DNA of 63,230 bases, the filler included, from a bacterium (GTDB lineage Bacteria > JALSQH01), in NCBI GenBank assembly GCA_026985515.1. It is 6 parts of 6 records of this genome, joined end to end, with 100 filler letters (N's around TTAATTAATTAA, not from the genome) between each part and the next. Parts side by side here need not be neighbours in the genome. Positions count along the whole stretch, not along the records: positions 42,782 to 58,869 come from JALSQH010000071.1; 5 more parts are not named here. One strand, 5' to 3'. The notes under the pieces were generated by a model, which did no database searches, was not told the DNA's origin, and saw only the letters and a list, made by a program, of their open reading frames with translations. The translations under genes and the position numbers were made by a program. Shown here in pieces: positions 42,844 through 52,017 of the stretch (its first letter is position 1; the number at the start of each line of letters is the position of its first letter).

Positions 42844-44418
42844 ATGCGGGGGTGGTTGTGGAGTAGCCTGATTCTGCTCATCCTGATCTTCTCCTGCAGC
42901 AGGACAGGGAAAGAAAAAAGTAAATCAGTTAAACCAGCCAGTTATTTTTATCTTGAAAATAAAAATCTTGATCTTCATCTCCTTCTTCCTTCTGAATTTT
43001 CGGAAAGTTACTCTCTTATTACTCCATTTGGAGGCTTTCGCATACTGGACCAGAAAGAGCAGATTTACGGATTCATATCCCTCAAACCTGCAAAATTTGC
43101 ATCAGGTTCATCGGATATTGACCTCTTAGAGGCAAATTCTTCCTATGACTTAAACAACTTCAATTCACACTGGGAAAATTATCTTCAGATAAGGGGGATA
43201 AATGTTGATTTCTCCCTAAAGGAAAGGTTTCTGACCAGAGACCGGTGGAACAACATGATTAAGTATGTTTCAGGGAGTCTCAATTTCCCCGGAACAGTTG
43301 CCATAACAACATTTCAGGTTGGTGATTACGCAGAACAAACAATGGGATACCCTGAAGTTCCTGCAACTCTGACTCAACACTCAACACAGGAAGAATGGTA
43401 CGATTACACAGCCTATGACATATTTTTATCTGAAACTCTGATACCTCCCGAGATTCCGGGAGGCAAACCCAAAATTCTTGTTGTTTTTCTCGTAAAACCT
43501 TCATCCAGGGAAGATGAAAATTTCAAAAGAATTTCAGATGATTTCAGAAGCAATAGCAATCTATGTATGGGGAAATGTGAGGTGAAAAGCATCACAGAAG
43601 AAATCAAAATCGGCCAGACCTCTCCTGCTGAAATTCTTTTCTTTTACAAAAACACATCATCCATGGAAATGGAAATAAACAAGGCAAAGGATCTCCTCCA
43701 GACACCTCTCCTGAATCTGCTCAACGAGAATAAAATAAGCTATAAAATTGGCATTGCCACATTAACCCATCCTGATCTGATCCCCCTGGAAGGGAAAAGA
43801 TGGTTAACAGAAAATGAATCTCCAGATAATTTCTTTACCCCACCGGTTACATCTGCGTACTTAAGGAATTCCCTCATTCAACTTGCTCCAGAAGTCGTGA
43901 GTAAAGCCACTGACGAAGGACTTTTCAGCAACTCAGATGAAAAGATCATCGTCTTCGTAACTGATAGAGATGATCAATCAATAACTCCCGGTGGCGATCC
44001 AATAAGCACAGACAATCTGGACAGCTTTCTGAAGATATATGAAAATGAGAGAATACTTCCCTTTGGAATAATCGGGGATCAGAATGAAGAAAGCCCATAC
44101 TGTGACACGCCCGAGGTGTGTACCATTCTGAAAAAATTCATATATCTGAGTGGGGGAAGCAGTGTAAACATATGTTCACAGTACCGCTACAACTTTTATC
44201 TTACACTTATCATGAAGGCTCTGATCTCAGCTTCAAACATAAAACTTTCCCATCATCCCGTGATATCCTCACTCAAAGTCAAGTTTAACGGGACAGAAAT
44301 GATGTACGGCTTTCCAGGAGGATTCATTGCGGATGGAAAATTCAGCAAAATTGTGATTGTTCCTCCACAGACAGGAGATATTGAAACAGGATATCTTTTT
44401 TTCCATAAGATTTTTTAA
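42844..44418 (+). CDS. Lipoprotein with degenerate vWA-like domain
   Basis: IFSC lipobox; ILFFYKNTSSM, YKIGIAT, IVFVTDRDDQS. Confidence 0.55.
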   Translation: MRGWLWSSLILLILIFSCSRTGKEKSKSVKPASYFYLENKNLDLHLLLPSEFSESYSLITPFGGFRILDQKEQIYGFISLKPAKFASGSSDIDLLEANSSYDLNNFNSHWENYLQIRGINVDFSLKERFLTRDRWNNMIKYVSGSLNFPGTVAITTFQVGDYAEQTMGYPEVPATLTQHSTQEEWYDYTAYDIFLSETLIPPEIPGGKPKILVVFLVKPSSREDENFKRISDDFRSNSNLCMGKCEVKSITEEIKIGQTSPAEILFFYKNTSSMEMEINKAKDLLQTPLLNLLNENKISYKIGIATLTHPDLIPLEGKRWLTENESPDNFFTPPVTSAYLRNSLIQLAPEVVSKATDEGLFSNSDEKIIVFVTDRDDQSITPGGDPISTDNLDSFLKIYENERILPFGIIGDQNEESPYCDTPEVCTILKKFIYLSGGSSVNICSQYRYNFYLTLIMKALISASNIKLSHHPVISSLKVKFNGTEMMYGFPGGFIADGKFSKIVIVPPQTGDIETGYLFFHKIF

Positions 44419-45194
44419 CTTCTTGCCAGTACCCTTGTTATCACTTTTCTCACTTCCACAGGCTGGAATGGTTTTGGTAAAAATTCTTCTGCACCAAGGA
44501 GATAGGAAGTCTTCTGATCGTCAAGCTGGGATTTCACCGAGGCAACAACAACAGGTATCTTCCCGAGTTCTTCATCATTTTTTAAGCTGTCAAGAACTTC
44601 AAAACCATCATGAGGTTCAATAACGAGATCAAGTATTATCACATCAGGAGAATAACTCTTTATTTTTTCAGCAAAATTCTTGGTACTCTTCTCCACTCTT
44701 ACTTCTGCTCCCTCATTAATGAGAATTTCCTTTAAACTTTCTGCGAGAAATTTGCTATCCTCAAAAACGAGAATTTTTTTGCCGTGAAGAGGTTTTTTTG
44801 TCGTTATATACCTTACCCTTTCCTTATGTGACTCGAGAGAATCGAGGAAATTTATCAGTTTCACCGAGAAAAGGGGTAAATTGAGAACATACACACACTC
44901 CTCCAGCTTCCCCTCTTTCTCCTCGTTACCTATTATGATAACCGGCACCTTCCTGGCCTTACCTAAAATCCTTACATCATCCACAACAATGGAATTTTCC
45001 TCCACTATGACGGCATATGGCTTTCTGGAAGAATTAAATATTTCGGGAGTGTAGTGGGCAAGATCTATATGCTCAAAAAAGTACTTTGTGTCAAACAGGA
45101 AGTTCTCAAGTAAAAAGCGCAAATCTTCCTTTAAAGCTATTCCAGCAACAATTTTCTTCTTAAGCATTGCCCACCCAGAAGTTAAGATTAGCAC
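44415..45194 (-). CDS. Response regulator (C-terminal receiver, degenerate N-terminal receiver-like domain)
   Basis: ILVFEDS, PDVIILDL, DGFEVL, IPVVV, GAEEFLPKPF. Confidence 0.85.
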   Translation of the reverse strand: MLILTSGWAMLKKKIVAGIALKEDLRFLLENFLFDTKYFFEHIDLAHYTPEIFNSSRKPYAVIVEENSIVVDDVRILGKARKVPVIIIGNEEKEGKLEECVYVLNLPLFSVKLINFLDSLESHKERVRYITTKKPLHGKKILVFEDSKFLAESLKEILINEGAEVRVEKSTKNFAEKIKSYSPDVIILDLVIEPHDGFEVLDSLKNDEELGKIPVVVASVKSQLDDQKTSYLLGAEEFLPKPFQPVEVRKVITRVLARS

Positions 45195-46315
45195 TACTTG
45201 AGAATTATTTCAATCCCCCCTGATGAAACTTCGTTTATTTCAACATGTTTTTTCCCCAATCTCATTCTATCCAGAAGATCAGCCAGTCTATCGGGATCAC
45301 CGAGAAATTTAACACTCAGTTCCGCCACAGGTTTATCAAAACTCCTCTTTATGACCTCTTTAACACCCTTTATTCTTTTTATCTTTTTCATCAACCTCTT
45401 AAGGCTGGAATAACTCACGCCACGAACTGTGACTTCAATATCCTGACCATTCAGCTGAATATTGTTCCACTCTTTAACAATCTTCCAGAAAATCTTTTCA
45501 GCAGCTTTCCTGACTCCATCTTCCACAGCCTTTCTGACCGCACCTTCCCCCACTGCATCAACTCCCTTTCCTTCAGAAGTTTCCACAGCGTATATCCTCC
45601 CTGTGGAAGCATCAATGGCTCTGAGGGTAACTGTTGACTTGGCACCATAGAGGACTCCCTGAATTGATTCTGGTTTACTCACAATAACCTGACCAGTGAT
45701 AACAACCTCAGCACCTTCACGATAACCCAGTTTCGCCGCCTGAAGTTCATTTCCCTCAGCAAGAATTCTCAACTTACTTCTCTCAATTTTCGCTTTTACA
45801 CGGCTGGCATCAACTATCTGAAAACCCTTTTCCTTAAAAAATCCAATAAGAGCATTTTCACCCTGTGAGGAAAGCTGCGCCTTGTTATCTTTAACTTCTG
45901 TAATCAGAATCATAATTCTGGGTTTGTTCATCTGAGCGTATATCATTCTGGCATCATTTTTCAACGCCTCAGCACTCACCTTTGCCCTGATCTTAACATA
46001 GTAGTTTTTGCCCCTTTTCCCCTCCTCAAGGATTTTGTACTGGTGTACATAGCCAGCCACCTTTGAAATGATTCTGTCCCTGACCAGCTGATAATTGGAC
46101 ACCACCGTCTCAGAGATAACTTCGGAACCCACCTGATCAACGGCGTTTCTCTTAGCATCCAGAAGGGCAGCATTTTTCGCAGATTCAATGTCACCATTTT
46201 TAATTGGAGCAACCCCTTCCGCGATCACTTCTTTAATTTCGTCACTTCGCAAAGAGTTGTTCAACACAAAAGTTGAAAAAAGGATCAGTAAAACAATCGT
46301 ACTTACTCTCTTCAT
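45194..46315 (-). CDS. Exported FlgT-N/LPP20-like domain protein
   Basis: Signal peptide; AEGVA..AKNAALLDAKRNAVDQVG, YYVKIRAKV, KPRIMILI. Confidence 0.7.
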   Translation of the reverse strand: MKRVSTIVLLILFSTFVLNNSLRSDEIKEVIAEGVAPIKNGDIESAKNAALLDAKRNAVDQVGSEVISETVVSNYQLVRDRIISKVAGYVHQYKILEEGKRGKNYYVKIRAKVSAEALKNDARMIYAQMNKPRIMILITEVKDNKAQLSSQGENALIGFFKEKGFQIVDASRVKAKIERSKLRILAEGNELQAAKLGYREGAEVVITGQVIVSKPESIQGVLYGAKSTVTLRAIDASTGRIYAVETSEGKGVDAVGEGAVRKAVEDGVRKAAEKIFWKIVKEWNNIQLNGQDIEVTVRGVSYSSLKRLMKKIKRIKGVKEVIKRSFDKPVAELSVKFLGDPDRLADLLDRMRLGKKHVEINEVSSGGIEIILK

Positions 46316-46327
46316 GATTCACCCCTC

Positions 46328-48457
46328 TCATTTAGTTTTCATTACAAACACCCCATCCCAGTTTTCAGGAGGAGGATTTTCTATCAGCCTTTCACACCTT
46401 TCAATGAAAACTTCAGAAGGACCATCCTCACCGGCAAATTTAATGGTTGCAAGAAAATACTTTTTCGCCTCAGAAAAATTCCTTTCAAAGTAGAGAGCCA
46501 GACCTTTCTCGAAGAGTTTTATCTTTTTTATTGTCTCAATACCGGTTTTACCCTTTTCTCCCACAAGCTCATAAATTTCAACAGGCTTCTTCTTTCCCTT
46601 AACTGCCACACGGTCAAGCTTTCTGAGAACAAATTCATCCTTAATCTTTTCCCTGGTATATTCACTCACAACTATTCTGGTCCTGTACTGCTTGTTGATT
46701 CCCTCAAGCCGTGAAGCAAGATTAACATTGTCACCCATCACCGTATAATCAAATCTCACATTTGATCCCATATTTCCTATTGTTACAACACCTGAATTAA
46801 TCCCAATGCCAATATTTATCTGTGGCTTTCCTTCTTTTTCCCACTTTTTGTTCAGATTCTCAAGTCTTTCAAGCATTTTTAGAGCTGCCCTTGCAGCATT
46901 TGAAGCGTGATGTTTATCCTCCACCGGCGCACCCCAGAAAGCCATTATTGCATCACCAATATATTTATCCACAACTCCATTGTACTCAAAAATGATCTCA
47001 GTCATGGCACTGAGGTACTCATTGAGAAAATTCACCAGATCCTCAGGGTCCATATTCTCCGAAAGAGTTGTGAAGCTCCTTATGTCTGAAAAAAGAATGG
47101 TCAATTCCTTTTTCTGACCTCCCAGTTTCACAAGTTCAGGGTTGGAAAGGAGTTGTTTGACGATCTGGGGAGATACATACCTGCCAAAGGTCTCCTTTAT
47201 AAATCGTTTTTCCACAGCCTCAGTGTAGCGATGGTAGAAGAGTCCCGCCACGAAAACAGCGCTCCACGAAAAAACTGGCGCCACCGTCTCAAGCCAGAAG
47301 TGATCCTCCACAAATAATCTGCAGGAGATGAAAAGATATGCACCTGCACCTATCAGAAAAAGTAGAACCTGCCAGAGAGGCTTCAGAGATAGAAAAATAA
47401 AAAGCAGGGAACCCAGCAAAATTGTCCCCGCAAGCAGATAGTAATTCTGAGGTGCCTTTTCCCCATTCGGGAGAACCCATCTTTTTATATAATTTCCGCG
47501 CATTATGGTCTGAATGATATTTGCATGAACCTCTATCCCGCTCATCAATTGTGAGGAAAGAATCTCCAGTTTCCCCCCACCAGAAAGTTTTTCTACCTTC
47601 CCCTTTCCCGAAAAAGGCACTTTGTAAAAATCGTGATCGGCTGGTATGGTTGATCCAACGAGTACGATTTTATCTTTAAAGAGGAGAGGATCCACTTTTC
47701 CCCTCAGAACTCTCCAGAAGGAAACATGTCTGAAAGTCCCGGGAGGTCCCGTAAAGTTGATATAGATATGGTCGGGAAGGAGAAGATTTCCAATTTTAAA
47801 ATAACCAGGGGGAATAAAATTTTCATCGGAGGAGAGTTGAAGAGGTGGAACGCTTACAGGTGGAGGATAGAGATAATCAATATATGTCTCAAGAGCAAAG
47901 GCAAAATATGGAACCATTCTGTTATCATCTATTTCAAGCTCCAGGAGAGGAACACTTCTGAGGACTCCATCACTGTCAAGGGTAAAATTTATAAATCCCT
48001 CCCCCAGCTCCAGCTCCCGAAATGGTTGAAAAGGCGGCACTGGTTTTCCATTCTGAATAAATCTTGCAAGAACCACCCTTCCACTGGAGTCAAGTGCTCT
48101 GGCAAAGTTTTCATCCTGTGCCTCATCCATATAAACAGGATGAGAGAATTCAAAATCAAGGGCTATTACTCTCGCACCCCACTTTGTAAGGTTCTCAATA
48201 ACCTTTGCATAGTAGGACCTGGTGAAATCGCTCCCCCTCTTCCTCAACCTTTCCTTACTCTCCTCATCTTTTGTAACTATGATGATCCTGCTATCTGGCT
48301 TTTCCACACCTCTGAGTTTGAATCGCAGATCATAGCTCATATTCTCAAGGGAATCAAACCATCCCCATCTGTAGGCAAAGATGATCACAATTCCCGTTAC
48401 AAGCATGAGCAAAAGGGGATAAAGAAAAAACCTCTTAAAACTTTCACTCCTTACCAT
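46328..48457 (-). CDS. CHASE2-domain class III adenylate/guanylate cyclase
   Basis: DSDGVLRSVP, GIEVHANI, three TM helices, LFSDIRSFTTLSE, DKYIGDAIMAFWGAP, DYTVMGDNVNLASRLE. Confidence 0.94.
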   Translation of the reverse strand: MVRSESFKRFFLYPLLLMLVTGIVIIFAYRWGWFDSLENMSYDLRFKLRGVEKPDSRIIIVTKDEESKERLRKRGSDFTRSYYAKVIENLTKWGARVIALDFEFSHPVYMDEAQDENFARALDSSGRVVLARFIQNGKPVPPFQPFRELELGEGFINFTLDSDGVLRSVPLLELEIDDNRMVPYFAFALETYIDYLYPPPVSVPPLQLSSDENFIPPGYFKIGNLLLPDHIYINFTGPPGTFRHVSFWRVLRGKVDPLLFKDKIVLVGSTIPADHDFYKVPFSGKGKVEKLSGGGKLEILSSQLMSGIEVHANIIQTIMRGNYIKRWVLPNGEKAPQNYYLLAGTILLGSLLFIFLSLKPLWQVLLFLIGAGAYLFISCRLFVEDHFWLETVAPVFSWSAVFVAGLFYHRYTEAVEKRFIKETFGRYVSPQIVKQLLSNPELVKLGGQKKELTILFSDIRSFTTLSENMDPEDLVNFLNEYLSAMTEIIFEYNGVVDKYIGDAIMAFWGAPVEDKHHASNAARAALKMLERLENLNKKWEKEGKPQINIGIGINSGVVTIGNMGSNVRFDYTVMGDNVNLASRLEGINKQYRTRIVVSEYTREKIKDEFVLRKLDRVAVKGKKKPVEIYELVGEKGKTGIETIKKIKLFEKGLALYFERNFSEAKKYFLATIKFAGEDGPSEVFIERCERLIENPPPENWDGVFVMKTK

Positions 48458-50181
48458 AGATACCCCATCCAGAAAGGCACAGATTTTCTGCCCTCAGTTC
48501 CTCCAACAGTGGCTGTGGTTATCACCACAACTCTTGCTGTTCTGAACAGCTTTCTGACCATTTTCCTGAAATTTTTTCCCCTTTTTACAGAAATGACAAC
48601 ACCGGTTCTTATTTTTCCATTCTCTGGAAGGGAAATTGCCCTTACTCTCCAGGGTCTCCTGCCCTGTCTCCTCCTCTTCGTCCACCACCTTTTTCCCTTG
48701 TAACGGAAGTGATGACCCCTTCCTCTTCTTCTGGCAAGGTAAATATAATCCACATTTGAAGCAATGAAAAGCGGCAACCCGAGATTTGCCTTTCTGTACA
48801 GCTTAAGATCACTTCCCTCATTCACAACAAAGGCAGCCATACCCATTTCTCTGAAAGACTCCGGATCAACATTCTTTTCGTCATACACCGGTTCACCATC
48901 TTCATCAAAAACCCTGAATATTACAGAGGGAGCAAGTTTCAGGGATGAGGCATCAATGACCACGCCTGTATATGGGAGATTTTCCCCGGCAGAAGGCTGG
49001 TTTTGATTTATGTAGGAAAAAGGAGCATCGATGGAAGGATCCGTGAGCAATCCTGTGAGACCGTTTATTCCATAAACTGGAACTCTCATTACCACATGGT
49101 ACTCACCATTTTCAATCCACTCCTTTACCACATCTCCATTCTTTACTATTCCCCTGAGGTGATACTCCATTCCGAAATCTCCCGCCCTCTTCTCCTCATT
49201 TACCCTAACTCCTTTGAGAGCCTCCAGAGCCTTTCCCTGGGCATCAACAATGGCTGCTCTGCGTGCAAGAAGAAGGGCAGGGGGATTCTTCCCGATCTTT
49301 CCCTTACCTTCAACGAGCAAAAATCCCTTCTCCCAGTCTGCCTCCACACCCTTTATATTCATGGTTAAGGGCGGGAAACCTGTTTCAAGAGGCGGTTTTC
49401 TGTAAAGGGCTGGATACTTTTTCACATATTCAGAGGGGATTTTCACCTCCGCCTCAATGGTTAGAATCAGAAAGCCATTCTTCACCTCTCTGGAAACAAT
49501 TTTATATTTGAGATATCCCATTGCCCTGGAAATAATCTCTCTCCTGTCTTTTTCGGGAACTATCTTCACATCCACAATTGAACCCACAGCCTTTTCCACT
49601 GCTCTTCTCTTTGCATCCAGTAGCGCAACTTTTCCTGCAACACTCTCCGGCCCCTTTCCCCTTCCAGCTGCCACAACCTTAATCCAGTATTCCTTCTTTA
49701 CAGCCTCCACTTTGCTCTCAGGTGCCACTGGCATTCTCTTATTCACCAGCATAGCAAACACCCTGTCAACCACAGAGTTTATCCCTTCGTAAAGGAAGGT
49801 GATACTGCTTTCCACCTCACCAGTTTCCTCATCTATAAGAGAAGCGGAAATGTACCTTTCTCCCTTTGATGTAAACATCTTGAGCAGGAGCAGATAATCC
49901 GCATAGGTTATTTTTTCAATTGCTGGTGGGAACTTTTTACCCTGAAAAATTTTCAGTTTGATCTCCTTCAAAACCTCCACAGGAACATTTTCCGAAAGAA
50001 GAAAATTCCCGCTCTTTTTAATTCGACTTTTGAGAGCGGTTACAATGGCTTTAATCTCTGGTGCAGATTCCTTCTGCATGGAGATCCCGGTTACCAGAAT
50101 TGAGGGTTTTGTACCTTCAAAGGCAAAAAGAATCCCCATCAGAAGCAGAACCCCCATTCCCCCTGCGATTATCTTTTTCAT
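48451..50181 (-). CDS. Exported multi-domain FlgT-N/LPP20-like protein
   Basis: ALLDAKRRAVEKAVG, LARRAAIVDAQ, YTGVVIDAS..LAPS. Confidence 0.6.
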   Translation of the reverse strand: MKKIIAGGMGVLLLMGILFAFEGTKPSILVTGISMQKESAPEIKAIVTALKSRIKKSGNFLLSENVPVEVLKEIKLKIFQGKKFPPAIEKITYADYLLLLKMFTSKGERYISASLIDEETGEVESSITFLYEGINSVVDRVFAMLVNKRMPVAPESKVEAVKKEYWIKVVAAGRGKGPESVAGKVALLDAKRRAVEKAVGSIVDVKIVPEKDRREIISRAMGYLKYKIVSREVKNGFLILTIEAEVKIPSEYVKKYPALYRKPPLETGFPPLTMNIKGVEADWEKGFLLVEGKGKIGKNPPALLLARRAAIVDAQGKALEALKGVRVNEEKRAGDFGMEYHLRGIVKNGDVVKEWIENGEYHVVMRVPVYGINGLTGLLTDPSIDAPFSYINQNQPSAGENLPYTGVVIDASSLKLAPSVIFRVFDEDGEPVYDEKNVDPESFREMGMAAFVVNEGSDLKLYRKANLGLPLFIASNVDYIYLARRRGRGHHFRYKGKRWWTKRRRQGRRPWRVRAISLPENGKIRTGVVISVKRGKNFRKMVRKLFRTARVVVITTATVGGTEGRKSVPFWMGYLW

Positions 50182-50199
50182 TTTATCCCCTCCGGTAAA

Positions 50200-51138
50200 T
50201 TAAAAACTGAATCTTGCTCGGAAACCGAGATAAATGCCCCTCTCCTGAGGTGAAACCACAGCTTCAAATGACTTTACTTCTTTTGCATTTACACCGGAAA
50301 TATATGCATCCACAGCATTAATAACCCACACCACAGCACCGGCAAGGAGAAGTCGATCCCTCAACTTTAAAGTAGAAACAGCTTTGTCATAGTAATATGT
50401 GGCGTCAGAGGTATTTGTGGAGTTTTTATACTTCTTTTCATAATACACGTTATATCCAAGATAATGTGAAACGAGGGCTCCTGCCATCAAACCAAGTGTC
50501 ACCGTTGTAAAAAAGGCTCCCTTTACCACATGACCACTGTAAATCTGACCCCATCCAGGAATCAATAGGGATCTGAAAAGTGCTCCACTTTTTGTTTTAA
50601 CCACAATATATTTGCTTGAAAGAGCAACAACATCATCCTTCATCAATCTCACCTTGACAGCCTTTACTATCCTCGATGTTGCAACGTTAACCACTCTGGC
50701 ATTTATGATAAATTGATTTCCAACATCTGCCACAGCACCAACTATCATATACTGAGCATTGAGCATCTTTCCAACCTGACTCGCAAGTTTTGGATTTGTC
50801 ACTCCAAGCAAACTCAACTTCAATTCTGAGAGAAGCTTATCAAGATTTTCTCTCTCCACCAGTTTTATTCTCTTTGACTTTGCAAATTCCTGGGTTAGAA
50901 GTGCCGTCACAATTTCTCCCATTTTTCTGTTTATTGCCTGGGGGCCCAGATTTATGAACTTTACAATGGCCACAACTGCACCTGAGGGAGAATTTGAAAG
51001 GATACTTGACTCAAGATCACGGGCCAGGGTTTTAACAGCTGATTCTGCTTTTGTCAATTGACCATTCTCCCGAGCGGATATCTGAAAAGGAAATAAGATA
51101 ATCAATCCTGCCAGAATCAAGGCCAATCTTCCTTTCAT
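50200..51138 (-). CDS. CsgG/FlgO-like domain plus DUF5683-like membrane domain protein
   Basis: LVERENLDKLLSELKL..VGKMLNAQYMIVG; ALFRSLLIPGWGQIY; terminal Phe. Confidence 0.7.
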   Translation of the reverse strand: MKGRLALILAGLIILFPFQISARENGQLTKAESAVKTLARDLESSILSNSPSGAVVAIVKFINLGPQAINRKMGEIVTALLTQEFAKSKRIKLVERENLDKLLSELKLSLLGVTNPKLASQVGKMLNAQYMIVGAVADVGNQFIINARVVNVATSRIVKAVKVRLMKDDVVALSSKYIVVKTKSGALFRSLLIPGWGQIYSGHVVKGAFFTTVTLGLMAGALVSHYLGYNVYYEKKYKNSTNTSDATYYYDKAVSTLKLRDRLLLAGAVVWVINAVDAYISGVNAKEVKSFEAVVSPQERGIYLGFRARFSF

Positions 51139-51158
51139 TTCTGACCTCCTTTTGAATA

Positions 51159-51201
51159 ATTTTACCTCACATCCTGTTCAAATTCTGTGACACATATCAC
51201 A
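51159..51201 (-). promoter_or_regulatory. CRP-type box with class II promoter geometry
   Basis: TGTGA-CACATA-TCACA at 51186-51201; -10 TAAAAT at 51164-51159; AGGAGG RBS before ATG at 51138. Confidence 0.8.
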
Positions 51202-51204
51202 ATA

Positions 51205-52017
51205 CTACATCTTTTTCAGCAATTTGTAAATTTTATTTCTTGGAAGTCCAGTTCTCCACCTGAGATACGCAATGAGTTCATCTTTTTTGAGGATATTTTT
51301 TAACCTCTCAATATCAATCTCATAAATATCCTTCACTTCTTCAACCTTCGCAAGAACAATTGTTATTTCTCCTTTTTCCTTAACACTCCCCGGATCTATC
51401 TTGTCGGTTACTCCGCGAATCACCTCCTGATTGATTTTGCTGAATTCCCTGATAATTGCGATTCTCCTCGGAATTAATTTCTCTCTGAAAATTTCCAGAG
51501 TTTCTCTTATCCTGTGAGGTGTTTCAAAAATTACCACTGTCTCATCAAAGAAATTGAGTGACTCAATAAACTCTTCCCGTTCCTTCTTTCTTGACGGGAT
51601 GTATCCAAGAAAAGTAAAGGGAACAGGATCAAAACCTGAAAGGACAAGAGCAGAAATCACCATTGAAGGTCCAGGAATATGATCAACACAAATACCCTCT
51701 TCAATCACTTTCTTAACCAGGAAGTATCCGGGATCATTTATGAGTGGTGTACCTGCATCAGAAACGAGTGCTATCCTGAAACCATCTTTCAGATTCTGAA
51801 TAACTCCTGCTTCTTCCCTTTTCTCTTTACCCCTGTAAAAACTTTTGAGAGGAGTTTTTATTCCATATTTCTGTAAGAGTTTGCCCGTTACCCTCGTATC
51901 TTCACAGAGGATATAATCAACTTTCCCCAGTACTTCTACTGCTCTGAAAGATATATCTGAAAGATTACCGAGAGGAGTTGAAACTATGTAGAGGCATCCC
52001 CCCTTTTCTTCAACCAT
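51205..52017 (-). CDS. rsmI: 16S rRNA C1402 2'-O-methyltransferase
   Basis: LYIVSTPLGNLSDISFRA, CEDTRVT, VSDAGTP, PGPS, FETPHR. Confidence 0.95.
   Translation of the reverse strand: MVEEKGGCLYIVSTPLGNLSDISFRAVEVLGKVDYILCEDTRVTGKLLQKYGIKTPLKSFYRGKEKREEAGVIQNLKDGFRIALVSDAGTPLINDPGYFLVKKVIEEGICVDHIPGPSMVISALVLSGFDPVPFTFLGYIPSRKKEREEFIESLNFFDETVVIFETPHRIRETLEIFREKLIPRRIAIIREFSKINQEVIRGVTDKIDPGSVKEKGEITIVLAKVEEVKDIYEIDIERLKNILKKDELIAYLRWRTGLPRNKIYKLLKKM

Noticed and set aside
47726-48703. Long antisense ORFs (also 3875-4618, 52849-53586, 53583-54311)
   Set aside because: Shadows of well-supported genes on the opposite strand; no recognisable motifs
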